This document shows positions 1 through 9,206 of a stretch of DNA of 56,051 nt, in pieces. Both the position numbers and the translations under genes were made by a program. The notes beneath the pieces were generated by a model, which was not told the DNA's origin, did not search any database, and was given only the letters and a program-made list of their open reading frames with translations. This DNA comes from a virus. Its lineage: Duplodnaviria; Caudoviricetes. Each line of letters starts with the position of its first letter. Within the stretch, counting starts at the first letter, position 1. The stretch is from positions 1 to 56,051 of IMG/VR virus record IMGVR_UViG_3300025000_000126, one strand, 5' to 3'.

Positions 1-127
1 CAATCATCTTATCAGTGTTGTGTGATTTGTTGCTTTCCACCATCTGCTGTTTCTGTAAAGCTGCAGTCTCTTTAGATACTTGATTCTCTCTTTCGAGTTG
101 CATCTCAATAGCTCTAAGTTGTAACTC
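1..127. repeat. Terminal direct repeat (copy 1), probable assembly overlap of a circular/permuted genome
   Basis: Bases 1-127 are identical to 55925-56051. The repeat lies inside the portal reading frame, and 127 is a common assembler k-mer. Confidence 0.95.
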
Positions 128-3100
128 TTCAGCCTTAGCTTGGGCCTTCTGTTGAAGTTCTGCAGCCTTAAGCTCTTGAGTCTGCTGATGCATAGCCATC
201 TGACCCTCAATCTGAAGTTGAGTAGCTTGCAGACCTGTCTGACTCTTCTGCTGTTCAATCTGCATCTGCTGCTGTGACTGCTGAGCTTGCTGAGCCTTAG
301 ACTCTTCTTGTTTCTTTCTAAGTTCTATTCTACTTGGGATGATATCAGCACCAAGTCCAAGAGTCTTAGCCATCTCTCTGAGGATATCAGCAACCCCTTC
401 CATCCCTACAATACTAAGATAATTAGGATTAGCAAGAATCTGAAGGAACTCATTCCTTCGCATCTCACTAGCACCTTTAAGGGTAAGGATCTCTGAGCCT
501 TTAGGTACTACATTAACGTCTCCAGTAAACTTAATATTATCATTACTAATAACATTCCAGTAGAACTGGTACTCAATTCTAGGTTTAATGAGTCCAAAGT
601 CTATATTCCTTACAGAATCTTTTATCCCTTTAGCTGCTGAGTCAAGTAACATAGATAACCCAGAAGCTGTCTGAGTTGCGCCCCCTGTGTTATGTGTAGG
701 TATGAAGTTGCCACACAAGAACAAATGATCTTTAGAGTCTACCTTTATACAAGTTGCAGTATGAGAACCAACATATTCAACTCCAGTTATGTAAGTGTTT
801 ACATACCTAGTTCTTGCTATACGTCTATTCTCTTTTCTTTTTATCTTAAATATTGGAACTGTAAGATCATTATACTGGAATGTAACCTTATAAGAGGGTT
901 TGTATCCAGCCTTTTTATTAACTGAAAATCCCTGAGTTATACCACCAAGAGACTTCACAAGTTGAATAAAATTGTCTCTAAGTTTCTTTGATGATGTAGT
1001 GAATATTAATCTTCCATTTTCTCCACAACACCCATCAGTATCCATAAGTCCACGTAGAACTTCTAGTCTAGTCCTCTCAGAGTTATACAGGTAATGTATT
1101 GGAATGAACTTATCAAAAGATCCTTTATCCCATACATCTGTTTTCTTGAGATCTGTTATCAGCCCTCTGCAATTATGATGAACACCATCAGGACCAAATG
1201 TAGTTTCATAAGGGATGTGGTCAAAGATTTCTAAATCTATACCTGAGATTTTTCCAGTCCCTTTACACCCATCCCCGAGCCACACTCCCATAGTATATGG
1301 ATCTACAGGAACATACCAGTTTATGTAGACTACACTTTTGATATTTGGTATCTTAAATTTTGGTCTATACTTATCTCCATCTTTCCTATAGATACCTTCA
1401 TCAAGTATTTGCTCTAAGCTCTTAGTCGTGAAGATGTCGTTGGTAGCTACATCCCATAGATGATCCATAGTGCAATCAACATGAGTGTTGTTAGAAAAAC
1501 GTACTCTAAAGATATCGCAAGTTCCTTGTGGATATACTCCCTTTACTTGGGAGATACCCCCGTAAGTATTGCATACTTCCATCCCAACTTCGAGGTTGCT
1601 TATCTTTACATGGCCGAACGGAGTGACGACAGTCTCGTAGTCAGCCAAACTTCTCTCATTGCCGTAAGCATATCGAGGAATACCAGTAGCATCATCTGCT
1701 CTGATCTCAAACTCCTTATAGACTGCTAGCAACTCTTGTGCATTACTTGTAGGTTGCCAGAAAGTTATAGCTCTGCCACCAGCCCCTGAAGGGTCTGATG
1801 TAAGTTGCCAAACATGAAAAGGAGTTATATCATCTATCTCAGAGTCATCTGCAAGTCTATCTACATACACCTCTATCTGAGGCCCTGAAGCAACTGCCAT
1901 ATTATTAGCAAGTGCTCTAGCAGTAGCATTACACATCCTCTGAATATCTCTCATAAGCTCTGGCAGGGATCTTCCCCAAAAAGAACCGGGGATGTTCTGC
2001 CAGGATGCTTTATAATAAGGTCTCCTCAAGAGCGGATCAGCATTAAGTACACACTTAATAACTTCACCACCTGCAAGAATAGCCTCTACTTCAAACTCTC
2101 TATCCTCATCAATACCTATTTTATCTTCTTCAAATCCCCAATCAGAGAGTAACTTCCACCCTATAGACCCATGGAAGTGTACACCATGGATGATATTCTT
2201 TGAGGCTCTGAAGGTATCTCCACGATACTCCTCAATTACCTTTTCTGATTCTATAGATGAGTCAAGTTCTTCTCCTGTATATCCACTCTTAAAGTCTTCT
2301 AAGATCTTTCTAATGTTTTCTTCTTTATAATTAGGAACCCCTATAAGGTTGTACAAAGATTTTCTATCAAATCTGACATGCTCACAAAGATCTCCTTCTT
2401 GAATACTAGTTGCATTAGCACTAGGATAGATATCAAGTGGAGATACTCTCTTATTTAAGAAAACAAAATCTTCAATCTCTTCTACTTCACCATCTTTATA
2501 AGTAAGTCTCTTCTTCTTCGAGATTACAGGAGCCTTCATTATAGCTACCTGGAATACACAAAAGTCTTCAATAAACTCAGAGAATGCTTTCTCCCATTCC
2601 CCCTCTTGAAGTTGATCAGCTACAATCTTCTCATACTTCTTAACTTCAGTAAGAGCTACCTTATATATCTCATCTGCTATAGCTTCTTCAATATCTCTTT
2701 TAAGTTGATTAACTTCCTGCATCTTCTGTGCAGCATTCATAACAGCAGGTTGATTTGGTTGCTGCTGTTGTTCTCCTTCTACAGGTGCAGGTGTCTCTAC
2801 AAGCTTATTGATTTGATCTTCTATCTGTGCTCTAATCTCTACAGGTAACTCAGGAACATCTGTAGGGTAGAGACCCCATGCATATTCCTTAGCTGGCATC
2901 ATAATATCTCTGAGCCATGACATAGCTGCCCTACACTTTGTAGGTGTAAGGTTCATGTAGATCTCAGAGCCACCAGTTTCTTGTATCCTAGCAAGATCTT
3001 CAGGATCGTAGTGCCCATTATAAGCTCTGAGAGACTGAAGCATCTTCTCTTCAATACCAGAAGATCTACGAGTATCTTGATTCTCTCTGAAGACTTCCAT

Positions 3101-3247
3101 GATATAAGAAGCTAAAGATGAATACTCTTCTTTCTCTTCTAGATAATCATCAGGATCTTCAATAGCTTTAGCATATAAATCTTCTATTTCTTGCACCTTA
3201 TCTGCTGGTGCTATAAATACTCCAGGTCTGTCATGGTAACTATCCAT
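1..3247 (-). CDS. Portal protein, intein-containing; continues across the junction to a stop at 55884 (about 1095 aa precursor, about 774 aa spliced)
   Basis: Manual translation from ATG 3247 (MDSYHDRPG...) is open to base 1 and on to TGA at 55886-55884. Portal-like motifs include PGSFWGRSLPELMRDIQRMCNATARALANN and DDATGIP...TASGLSML, with a Gln-rich C-terminal coil. It directly follows the terminase and precedes scaffold and capsid. Confidence 0.88.
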   Translation of the reverse strand, partial: MDSYHDRPGVFIAPADKVQEIEDLYAKAIEDPDDYLEEKEEYSSLASYIMEVFRENQDTRRSSGIEEKMLQSLRAYNGHYDPEDLARIQETGGSEIYMNLTPTKCRAAMSWLRDIMMPAKEYAWGLYPTDVPELPVEIRAQIEDQINKLVETPAPVEGEQQQQPNQPAVMNAAQKMQEVNQLKRDIEEAIADEIYKVALTEVKKYEKIVADQLQEGEWEKAFSEFIEDFCVFQVAIMKAPVISKKKRLTYKDGEVEEIEDFVFLNKRVSPLDIYPSANATSIQEGDLCEHVRFDRKSLYNLIGVPNYKEENIRKILEDFKSGYTGEELDSSIESEKVIEEYRGDTFRASKNIIHGVHFHGSIGWKLLSDWGFEEDKIGIDEDREFEVEAILAGGEVIKCVLNADPLLRRPYYKASWQNIPGSFWGRSLPELMRDIQRMCNATARALANNMAVASGPQIEVYVDRLADDSEIDDITPFHVWQLTSDPSGAGGRAITFWQPTSNAQELLAVYKEFEIRADDATGIPRYAYGNERSLADYETVVTPFGHVKISNLEVGMEVCNTYGGISQVKGVYPQGTCDIFRVRFSNNTHVDCTMDHLWDVATNDIFTTKSLEQILDEGIYRKDGDKYRPKFKIPNIKSVVYINWYVPVDPYTMGVWLGDGCKGTGKISGIDLEIFDHIPYETTFGPDGVHHNCRGLITDLKKTDVWDKGSFDKFIPIHYLYNSERTRLEVLRGLMDTDGCCGENGRLIFTTSSKKLRDNFIQLVKSLGGITQGFSVNKKAGYKPSYKVTFQYNDLTVPIFKIKRKENRRIARTRYVNTYITGVEYVGSHTATCIKVDSKDHLFLCGNFIPTHNTGGATQTASGLSMLLDSAAKGIKDSVRNIDFGLIKPRIEYQFYWNVISNDNIKFTGDVNVVPKGSEILTLKGASEMRRNEFLQILANPNYLSIVGMEGVADILREMAKTLGLGADIIPSRIELRKKQEESKAQQAQQSQQQMQIEQQKSQTGLQATQLQIEGQMAMHQQTQELKAAELQQKAQAKAEELQLRAIEMQLERENQVSKETAALQKQQMVESNKSHNTDKMI
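689..1651 (-). mobile_element. Intein with LAGLIDADG homing endonuclease in the portal (321 aa)
   Basis: Starts SLADYETVVTPFG after ...AYGNER. It contains block B (VDCTMDHLW), LAGLIDADG blocks PYTMGVWLGDG and VLRGLMDTDG, and block F (ATCIKVDSKDHLF). It ends IPTHN followed by Thr+1 (TGGATQTASG). Confidence 0.92.
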
Positions 3248-3248
3248 C

Positions 3249-4658
3249 TTATACCCATAAGGTTCTAGTGCGTTTTATAGGTCTTTTAAATGCCCTCTTA
3301 TGCTTTACATCTCTGATAGATTCAAAGAAGGTGAATGCAAGGGAATCTGCTAGATCAGGTGAAGGGTATCCAAGCCTCTTTAAATCTTTCTTAGATAAGA
3401 GTTGGATCTGCATTTTATTGTTGTAACCATACTCCATTGATGTAAGTTGAGATGGTAAGTTAATATCTTTCTCCCGAGTCTCTGCTGGGAGATCTGCACC
3501 ATTCTCTAACCACTCTCTCATCTTACCCCATAACTGGGATCTAAGATTAGCATATCTCTCAGGTTCTGTAGATTTATTACTGACTACTACATCCTTTATA
3601 GGTAACTTAAGATCCCTACACCTGTCAGCAGTTCCAGCCCCTACCCCTATAGAGTCTATATAGATACCAGCACAATTATGGATTGAGTTAAACTCTGCTA
3701 CCTTAGTAGCAACCTCCATGGTATCAAGACCTTTGTAAAGTTTATAGTCTAACATCTTAGGACCTTGGCGAACTACTAGGGCTGTAAGGTCATCACCAAA
3801 TCTAGCTACATCTACTCCCATCACTTTAGGGAACTGATGGTAACTTCTATAATCTAGTTTGTTTCTTAATGCTTCCTCTACCGTGTCTGCTGAGATAAAC
3901 TGAGATACACCAACTCTAGGGAACTGACCAAGAACTCGCATTCTATATAGGTCACTGTCTACCCCGTAGGTATCTTCCATCTCCTTGATCCAATCTTCAT
4001 TAACATTCGGTGAGTCAAAAGCACTAAAGTAAAGCTTCTTCCAAGAACCTAGTTCCCTATTAAAGATCTCAAAGAACCTACCAGAAGACCTGACAGGGTT
4101 AGATACTAAGATAAATCTACCACCCTTACCAGTACTTAAAGTACCTAGTAAGATATCAAAAGCATCTTCAGGGATACCAGAACTTTCATCTCCTATGATG
4201 ATATAGTTACTAGCATGTCCACCTGCAAGACTCTCTTTATTCTCTGCAGATGCTGTAACTAATGAAGCAAATTGAACATATGTCTTAGCTTTATATTCAA
4301 CTTTCCTTAATGTAAGTTCAAAGAGATCTTGGAACTGCTTGGGCATTCTACGATACCACTTCTCTAGTTCATTTCTAAAGACACGCTCTAAGTGATTCGA
4401 TGTAGGTGCTGTTATAAGTATACGACAATCTGGAAGAGTTATAAGATACAATAAAGTCATCATACAAAGTACTGCAGTCTTACCACTACCAGTGCAAGAA
4501 GATACAGCTACACGAGCTGCTTGATCCATAGAGAGTCTTACTAGCTCCTGTTGCTGACCAGTAAGAGTTATATCAAATAAGCTTTCTATTCCTAGAACAT
4601 TATCTTTACTCCACAGGTCTACTAGGTCCTCGAACTGCTCTTGAGTTAATAAAGACAT
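3249..4658 (-). CDS. terL: Terminase large subunit
   Basis: Walker A-like SCTGSGKT, Walker B IIIGDES, SNP coupling motif, and RNase H-like nuclease motifs GVDVARFGDD and SPDLADSLA. Confidence 0.95.
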   Translation of the reverse strand: MSLLTQEQFEDLVDLWSKDNVLGIESLFDITLTGQQQELVRLSMDQAARVAVSSCTGSGKTAVLCMMTLLYLITLPDCRILITAPTSNHLERVFRNELEKWYRRMPKQFQDLFELTLRKVEYKAKTYVQFASLVTASAENKESLAGGHASNYIIIGDESSGIPEDAFDILLGTLSTGKGGRFILVSNPVRSSGRFFEIFNRELGSWKKLYFSAFDSPNVNEDWIKEMEDTYGVDSDLYRMRVLGQFPRVGVSQFISADTVEEALRNKLDYRSYHQFPKVMGVDVARFGDDLTALVVRQGPKMLDYKLYKGLDTMEVATKVAEFNSIHNCAGIYIDSIGVGAGTADRCRDLKLPIKDVVVSNKSTEPERYANLRSQLWGKMREWLENGADLPAETREKDINLPSQLTSMEYGYNNKMQIQLLSKKDLKRLGYPSPDLADSLAFTFFESIRDVKHKRAFKRPIKRTRTLWV

Positions 4659-4661
4659 AAG

Positions 4662-5438
4662 TTACATACTATCCTCTTGTTCTATTAGAGTACCTTTAGC
4701 CTCTTTAGCTCTCTTCAAGATCTTATCAATAGCACTATCACCATCAAGACCTTCTATTGATATATTATCTTGAAAGGCAGCAAAGGTTCTTCCTAATTCT
4801 GAGATAGCTTTAAGTTGTGTCATAGCAGCTCTCTCACCTTCAAGGTTCTTAACCTTCTCCATGACTGCAAGGAGTTGAGACTGAATGAACCCTTTACCAT
4901 CTACTATAGTCTTTAACTTATCTTGTTGTATCTTCTGCAAGTATGCAGCTACATTAGGTTTCCTTTTGAGATAAAAGGCTCTAAGGTGCATAGCTTGCTT
5001 ATATTGCTCTCTATCCTTCTGATCTTTAGTCCTTTTAAGTCCTGCATCAAGCTTAGATTCTATTATAGCTTTGATGTCATCTCCATCATAGTTCATCAAC
5101 TCACAGAAGATAACCTCATTATCAGAGAGGACAAGGCTATCAGGTTCAGAAAGAAGAGATAAGAACTCTTTATTGATCTTCTCAGGGTCTAGAACATCCA
5201 TCTTAAAGGACTGATAGAGGGTAGGTTGCTGTGAGAGAAGGACTCTAGTCTCTCTTACATTGGATAAAGCCTTATGATGTCTAGTGATTATTAACTCTAT
5301 GTTATTTGTAGTGGTCTTATACTTGTCTGCAAGGGCCTGTGTAGTCATACCAGAGTAGATATAGTCATCTATAATGTCATATTTACTTTCTTTAGTGATA
5401 TTATCTACTTGCTTGCGTATAATGGTTTTAGTTTCCAT
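4662..5438 (-). CDS. Putative terminase small subunit
   Basis: Immediately upstream of terL, with an N-terminal HTH-like segment (GMTTQALADKYKTT) and a helical body. The call is mainly positional. Confidence 0.55.
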   Translation of the reverse strand: METKTIIRKQVDNITKESKYDIIDDYIYSGMTTQALADKYKTTTNNIELIITRHHKALSNVRETRVLLSQQPTLYQSFKMDVLDPEKINKEFLSLLSEPDSLVLSDNEVIFCELMNYDGDDIKAIIESKLDAGLKRTKDQKDREQYKQAMHLRAFYLKRKPNVAAYLQKIQQDKLKTIVDGKGFIQSQLLAVMEKVKNLEGERAAMTQLKAISELGRTFAAFQDNISIEGLDGDSAIDKILKRAKEAKGTLIEQEDSM

Positions 5439-5589
5439 AGGAGACCCCAGTGATTTATTGTGTAACTTAATGAATTTGTAGTATATATACCCCTTGTAGT
5501 GTTCTTTTAGACCCTATATGGGCAGGATTGTTGAGATTTTGGCAAGGATCTTAAAGGAGTCTGAAGGGGAAGGATTTTAGGGGCTTGTA

Positions 5590-6125
5590 GCGACTGAGAG
5601 ACCATCCCCTGAGCGCAGCGAGGGGGCTTCGATCCCCTTCAAGGGTGCTGCCCCCTCTGTAAGGGAAACTCCCCACCCCTGGCAAAGTGCTCCAAAATCT
5701 ATAAGGGGCAAGGGATTCGGCCTCTCAGACTCCCCAAGATGCTGGTTAGCATCGCTGTCAACCTTCCATGGTGGCTAGCGTCTCGCAAGAGGTCCCCTAG
5801 CCGTGAAGGTGAGTATCCGAGCCTGTAACCTGATACCGCAACAGGGACGCAGAACGGCCTAAAGGCAACGGATAGCAGATAAACGAGTATCTTCTAGACT
5901 CCTTCAGGAAACCGGGAAACCGCTGTTGAATCCTGATCATAGTAAGAAAATGAAAGACAAGCTGTATCGCCATGAGAAATCAGAAAGATATACCACGTTG
6001 ACTGGCGTGACATGGGATACAGTAGATTTACTAGTAGCTTGCAAGGTTCTGGCTTGTGTTAGTAGAACCTTGTGACGTAGTAGTAAATCAGTAAGATCAA
6101 CCTTAAACCGGAGGTTTTACCTCCT
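5590..6125 (+). ncRNA. Candidate structured non-coding RNA or structured leader of the early transcript
   Basis: ORF-free, GC-richer stretch with many nested helices and GNRA-capped hairpins (see findings). No known family recognised. Confidence 0.4.
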
Positions 6126-6143
6126 ACAGGAGCCTAGAAAACC

Positions 6144-6821
6144 ATGAGTATCCCATTTGAAGGATTAGTTAGATTTCAGTTAACCAACGACAACGAGTAT
6201 TGGTCACAGCTTCAAGAAGCTACAAGGCTTCACCTTACAGCCCGTGATAGGTACGAGGACCTGTTAGCTTTTTGCAAAAAGAAAGGTGTCAAGTTCGTTG
6301 ATATTAAGAGACACCTTCTCAACGAAGCAAAGAAATGCGGATTGTATACCAGGAGCATGTGGAGCGATAAAGAAAAAGCTATGGTCTTCAGGACATGGAG
6401 TGATCTTCTCCAATGTAAGTATTCTTGGGTAATCAGCCTTAATAACTTTATAACCTATATTAAGAAATATAAGGATTATGATGTAAGGGCTGGTAGAGTA
6501 GCTAAAAAGAACCCTGTAGCCAGTAAGACTACAACGATTCGTAGAACCACTGATCAGGCTGGTAACAAGTCTGAAGTCAAAACAGAAACCATTGAGACAG
6601 TAGAGCCTGTAAAGAACCTTTCCCCTTCAGCACCTACTAGTATTCCAACAGGTTCTATTGTGGCTCCTGTCAGCCAGGATCTAACAGAGCTTCAACGTGT
6701 AACCTTGATCCTTCAGAACCTTGATCTCCTAGGTAAGGTCTGTCAAGAGAAGGGAGCCGTAAAGGAATTCAACACCTTAATGGCAGCTCTCGGATCGGTT
6801 GAGTTTATTATTGAAGCTTAA
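6144..6821 (+). CDS. Hypothetical protein, first gene of the early arm
   Basis: 225-aa ORF with an AGGAG RBS; no family recognised. Confidence 0.8.
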   Translation: MSIPFEGLVRFQLTNDNEYWSQLQEATRLHLTARDRYEDLLAFCKKKGVKFVDIKRHLLNEAKKCGLYTRSMWSDKEKAMVFRTWSDLLQCKYSWVISLNNFITYIKKYKDYDVRAGRVAKKNPVASKTTTIRRTTDQAGNKSEVKTETIETVEPVKNLSPSAPTSIPTGSIVAPVSQDLTELQRVTLILQNLDLLGKVCQEKGAVKEFNTLMAALGSVEFIIEA

Positions 6822-6831
6822 TACCGTCTTT

Positions 6832-6867
6832 TAGCCTTGTAGAGTTCTTGAAGGATTCTACAAGGCT
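6832..6867 (+). promoter_or_regulatory. Long hairpin (RNA processing or termination site candidate)
   Basis: AGCCTTGTAGA...TCTACAAGGCT inverted repeat just after the 6144 gene, without a clear U-tract. Confidence 0.45.
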
Positions 6868-6908
6868 TGAAGATGTTATTAACCCTTTCACTTAATGGAG
6901 ATAATCAA

Positions 6909-7064
6909 ATGAAAGTAATAAGAATCTCAAAAGATGCTAAGATTGTAAGACGGTTAGAAAGGTATGAGAAATCAATTAAAGCTGATCAGTATCTTTCAGC
7001 CTTGCAGCTTCCTTCAGTCTCTCTTCGAAGAGAGATGACCAGGAAGTCTAACTTAATCTTATAA
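6909..7064 (+). CDS. Small hypothetical protein
   Basis: ATG at 6909 with a GGAG RBS (MKVIRISKD...); same frame as track ORF 6867. Confidence 0.6.
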   Translation: MKVIRISKDAKIVRRLERYEKSIKADQYLSALQLPSVSLRREMTRKSNLIL

Positions 7065-7080
7065 CCTATAAGGTAATCCA

Positions 7081-7305
7081 GTGATAAAAGAACTCTGTTG
7101 TGGCTTTATATTTGCTTTAATAGCTACAAGTCTTATATTATCCTTTATCTTCTTTTTAGGAGTTACAATGGATAAAACATCCTGTAGCTCCTATGGGGAA
7201 GTTACAAACACTAAAACCCATTATGATATCTTCAGTGGCTGTTATATCAAGAAAGGATATGATTGGTATCTTTTAGACTCTTTTAGGGTGGAGGAACCAA
7301 AATGA
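7081..7305 (+). CDS. Small membrane protein
   Basis: N-terminal hydrophobic helix; stop overlaps the next ATG. Confidence 0.7.
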   Translation: MIKELCCGFIFALIATSLILSFIFFLGVTMDKTSCSSYGEVTNTKTHYDIFSGCYIKKGYDWYLLDSFRVEEPK

Positions 7306-7469
7306 ACTTTATAGAGATAGATGAAAACATTAAGGTTAATGTAAGATCTGTAGAGTCTTTAACCCTTATAGACAACATAGTAGTCATTCAGTTTACTGAT
7401 AAGTCTATAAGGAAAAGAGAGTTCTATGATGTACAAGAAGCTAGATATTACTTTAACTCTATTCAGTAA
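7302..7469 (+). CDS. Small hypothetical protein (55 aa, not in track)
   Basis: GGAGG RBS; MNFIEIDENIKVNVRSVES...; ATGA overlap with the upstream gene. Confidence 0.65.
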   Translation: MNFIEIDENIKVNVRSVESLTLIDNIVVIQFTDKSIRKREFYDVQEARYYFNSIQ

Positions 7470-7505
7470 CCTGAAGGAGTTACACAATTAAAAGGAGATA
7501 ATAAC

Positions 7506-7652
7506 ATGGAAAGTAAATGTAAGGTAATAGGAGCTGTAGCCTTTCCCCTTAAAGAATCCTTCAAGGTGGTTAAGAGTTATAAGAAATCATTAAAAACTAA
7601 ATTAGGTCCTTTACTCTTTAAGGCTTATGTTGCTAAGAGTATTCAAAAGTAA
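7506..7652 (+). CDS. Small basic hypothetical protein (48 aa)
   Basis: AAGGAG RBS; MESKCKVIGAV... Confidence 0.5.
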   Translation: MESKCKVIGAVAFPLKESFKVVKSYKKSLKTKLGPLLFKAYVAKSIQK

Positions 7653-7817
7653 TATAAAACGCTATCTTACAGCACCTACCATGATCATATAATTATACAG
7701 TTGTGTAACTTTCTTTTACTTCTGTATAAGCTATATAGATCTGGTAGGTCCTGTAAGCCACTTAGATTCTAATACATCTTATAGACTCTATAGGATATAT
7801 TAGCACCTAATTGGTTT

Positions 7818-7989
7818 CTATCAGGTGTATAAGGATTCTTTAAGGTACTTCACATTCTTATATCACCTGATAGGTGCTATTAGCCCTTATAGTATCCTTT
7901 CTTAATGGATGAAAAGGGTTATCCTTTATACATCTAATAGTAGCCTATCAGGTGTATAAGAGTTCTTTAAGGTACTTCACATTCTTATA
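7818..7989. repeat. 45-bp direct repeat pair (7818-7862, 7945-7989) within hairpins
   Basis: CTATCAGGTGTATAAG(GA/AG)TTCTTTAAGGTACTTCACATTCTTATA occurs twice, 43/45 identical, in an AT-rich intergenic region. Confidence 0.9.
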
Positions 7990-8112
7990 GAACTCTGATA
8001 GCATCTTATTAGAACCTATAGTCCTTATAGTACTATTAGACCCTAAAAGGATAAACTGTAGTTTATATACCATTCACTGTGCTTAACTCAAGGAGGTTTA
8101 GCTAAATAGCTT

Positions 8113-8337
8113 ATGCTAGATTTCTACGTAAGTGAGAACGCTGTAGGATGTGAACCTCCTTGGAATTGTGAAGAATCTGTATTAGCTTCAAGATACTTCT
8201 GGAGCAGAATGATTTATTGCTCTGAAGAGTCTACATTTGGTAATAAATACTCATTGTATCAAAGGTTAGGATTTGCTACGGGTGGATTAATACATGAAAG
8301 TAATCTAATTAAGTTATTAGTAAAAAGGAGACTGTAA
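8113..8337 (+). CDS. KVKRRL-family microprotein 1
   Basis: MLDFYV...FWSRMIY...SLYQRLG...KLLVKRRL; clearly paralogous to 16031, 16240 and 16467. Confidence 0.8.
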   Translation: MLDFYVSENAVGCEPPWNCEESVLASRYFWSRMIYCSEESTFGNKYSLYQRLGFATGGLIHESNLIKLLVKRRL

Positions 8338-8558
8338 TGAACAGTACTAAAAAAGAGGTTATATCAAAAGAGAAAGAAATAGAATATCCAGTCTTAATGA
8401 AATCAAAATACTCAGATTTTGTTATATTACTTGTAACTCCTAAAGTCGGAACTGTAGTATGGTCAAATGACTATTCATATGAAGTAGGGTATTGGTCATC
8501 CTCTTGGATTAAAGATTCCTTTGATTATTATGATGGAAAGATACTCTTAGAGAACTAA
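8337..8558 (+). CDS. Hypothetical protein
   Basis: Translationally coupled 73-aa ORF. Confidence 0.75.
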   Translation: MNSTKKEVISKEKEIEYPVLMKSKYSDFVILLVTPKVGTVVWSNDYSYEVGYWSSSWIKDSFDYYDGKILLEN

Positions 8559-8723
8559 ATGAAAACATTTATTAAAAATAACTGGCATTGGTTGTGGAGA
8601 ATACCTGTAAACTTTTTTACTATTTTATCTGGGAGAATTCCAATATGGCTATTAGTAGCTTGTATCTTTATTTTTATGATTGATTTAATTATTCTAGGAA
8701 TAAGACTTCAAGAGGAGTTTTAA
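8559..8723 (+). CDS. Small hydrophobic/membrane protein (54 aa, not in track)
   Basis: MKTFIKNNWHWLWRIP...WLLVACIFIFMIDLIILG; fills the gap between its neighbours. Confidence 0.6.
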   Translation: MKTFIKNNWHWLWRIPVNFFTILSGRIPIWLLVACIFIFMIDLIILGIRLQEEF

Positions 8724-8724
8724 T

Positions 8725-8916
8725 ATGTGCACCTGTAAGAGTGGTTCGATGTGTTCTCGAAAGCATACCATCCTAATCAATGGTATTCCTCAAGTAATCT
8801 TCAAGAGTAAGAAGGAGGCTATTGAGTTCTGTAAATCAGTCAAGAAAGATCCTAAGACTCCTGAAGAGTGGATCTTTGAAATCTCATGTAGCTGTGGAAC
8901 CATTAAGATTGAATAA
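8725..8916 (+). CDS. Small Cys-containing hypothetical protein
   Basis: GAGGAG RBS; CxC motifs at both ends. Confidence 0.65.
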   Translation: MCTCKSGSMCSRKHTILINGIPQVIFKSKKEAIEFCKSVKKDPKTPEEWIFEISCSCGTIKIE

Positions 8917-9206
8917 TGGCTATAGTAATCTTTAAGGATGTAGAAAGAATCATTCAGGAGGATGGAGACCAAATACGTCTATTTCCTAATGGTGGTTTTT
9001 TTGATTCTAGAGTTCAGGATATTTTAACTTCTGAAATGAAAAGGCTTCTAACCAATAATAGAAGAAGATTCTCTAAATATAAAAGAACTAGTGATAACTT
9101 TAATCCACCTAAGAAATTCTGTATTAATAATGAAGATTGGGACTGGTATGGTCTTTGGGTGAAGATGTACATACCAGATAACTTCAAGGTGAAGAGGATA
9201 CTATAA
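8916..9206 (+). CDS. Hypothetical protein ending in FKVKRIL (possible distant family member)
   Basis: Shares only the C-terminal motif with the microprotein family. Confidence 0.7.
   Translation: MAIVIFKDVERIIQEDGDQIRLFPNGGFFDSRVQDILTSEMKRLLTNNRRRFSKYKRTSDNFNPPKKFCINNEDWDWYGLWVKMYIPDNFKVKRIL

Noticed and set aside
1-127. Biological terminal repeat (T7-like DTR)
   Set aside because: It is exactly 127 bp, a usual k-mer size, and falls inside the portal coding sequence, so it is better explained as an assembly overlap.
4-2848. Track ORFs 4..258, 287..496, 692..925, 1460..1729 and 2606..2848
   Set aside because: They are shadow ORFs overlapping the real portal reading frame.
7818-7989. Mini CRISPR array
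   Set aside because: Only two 45-bp copies with an 82-bp gap that partly base-pairs with the repeat; no cas genes.
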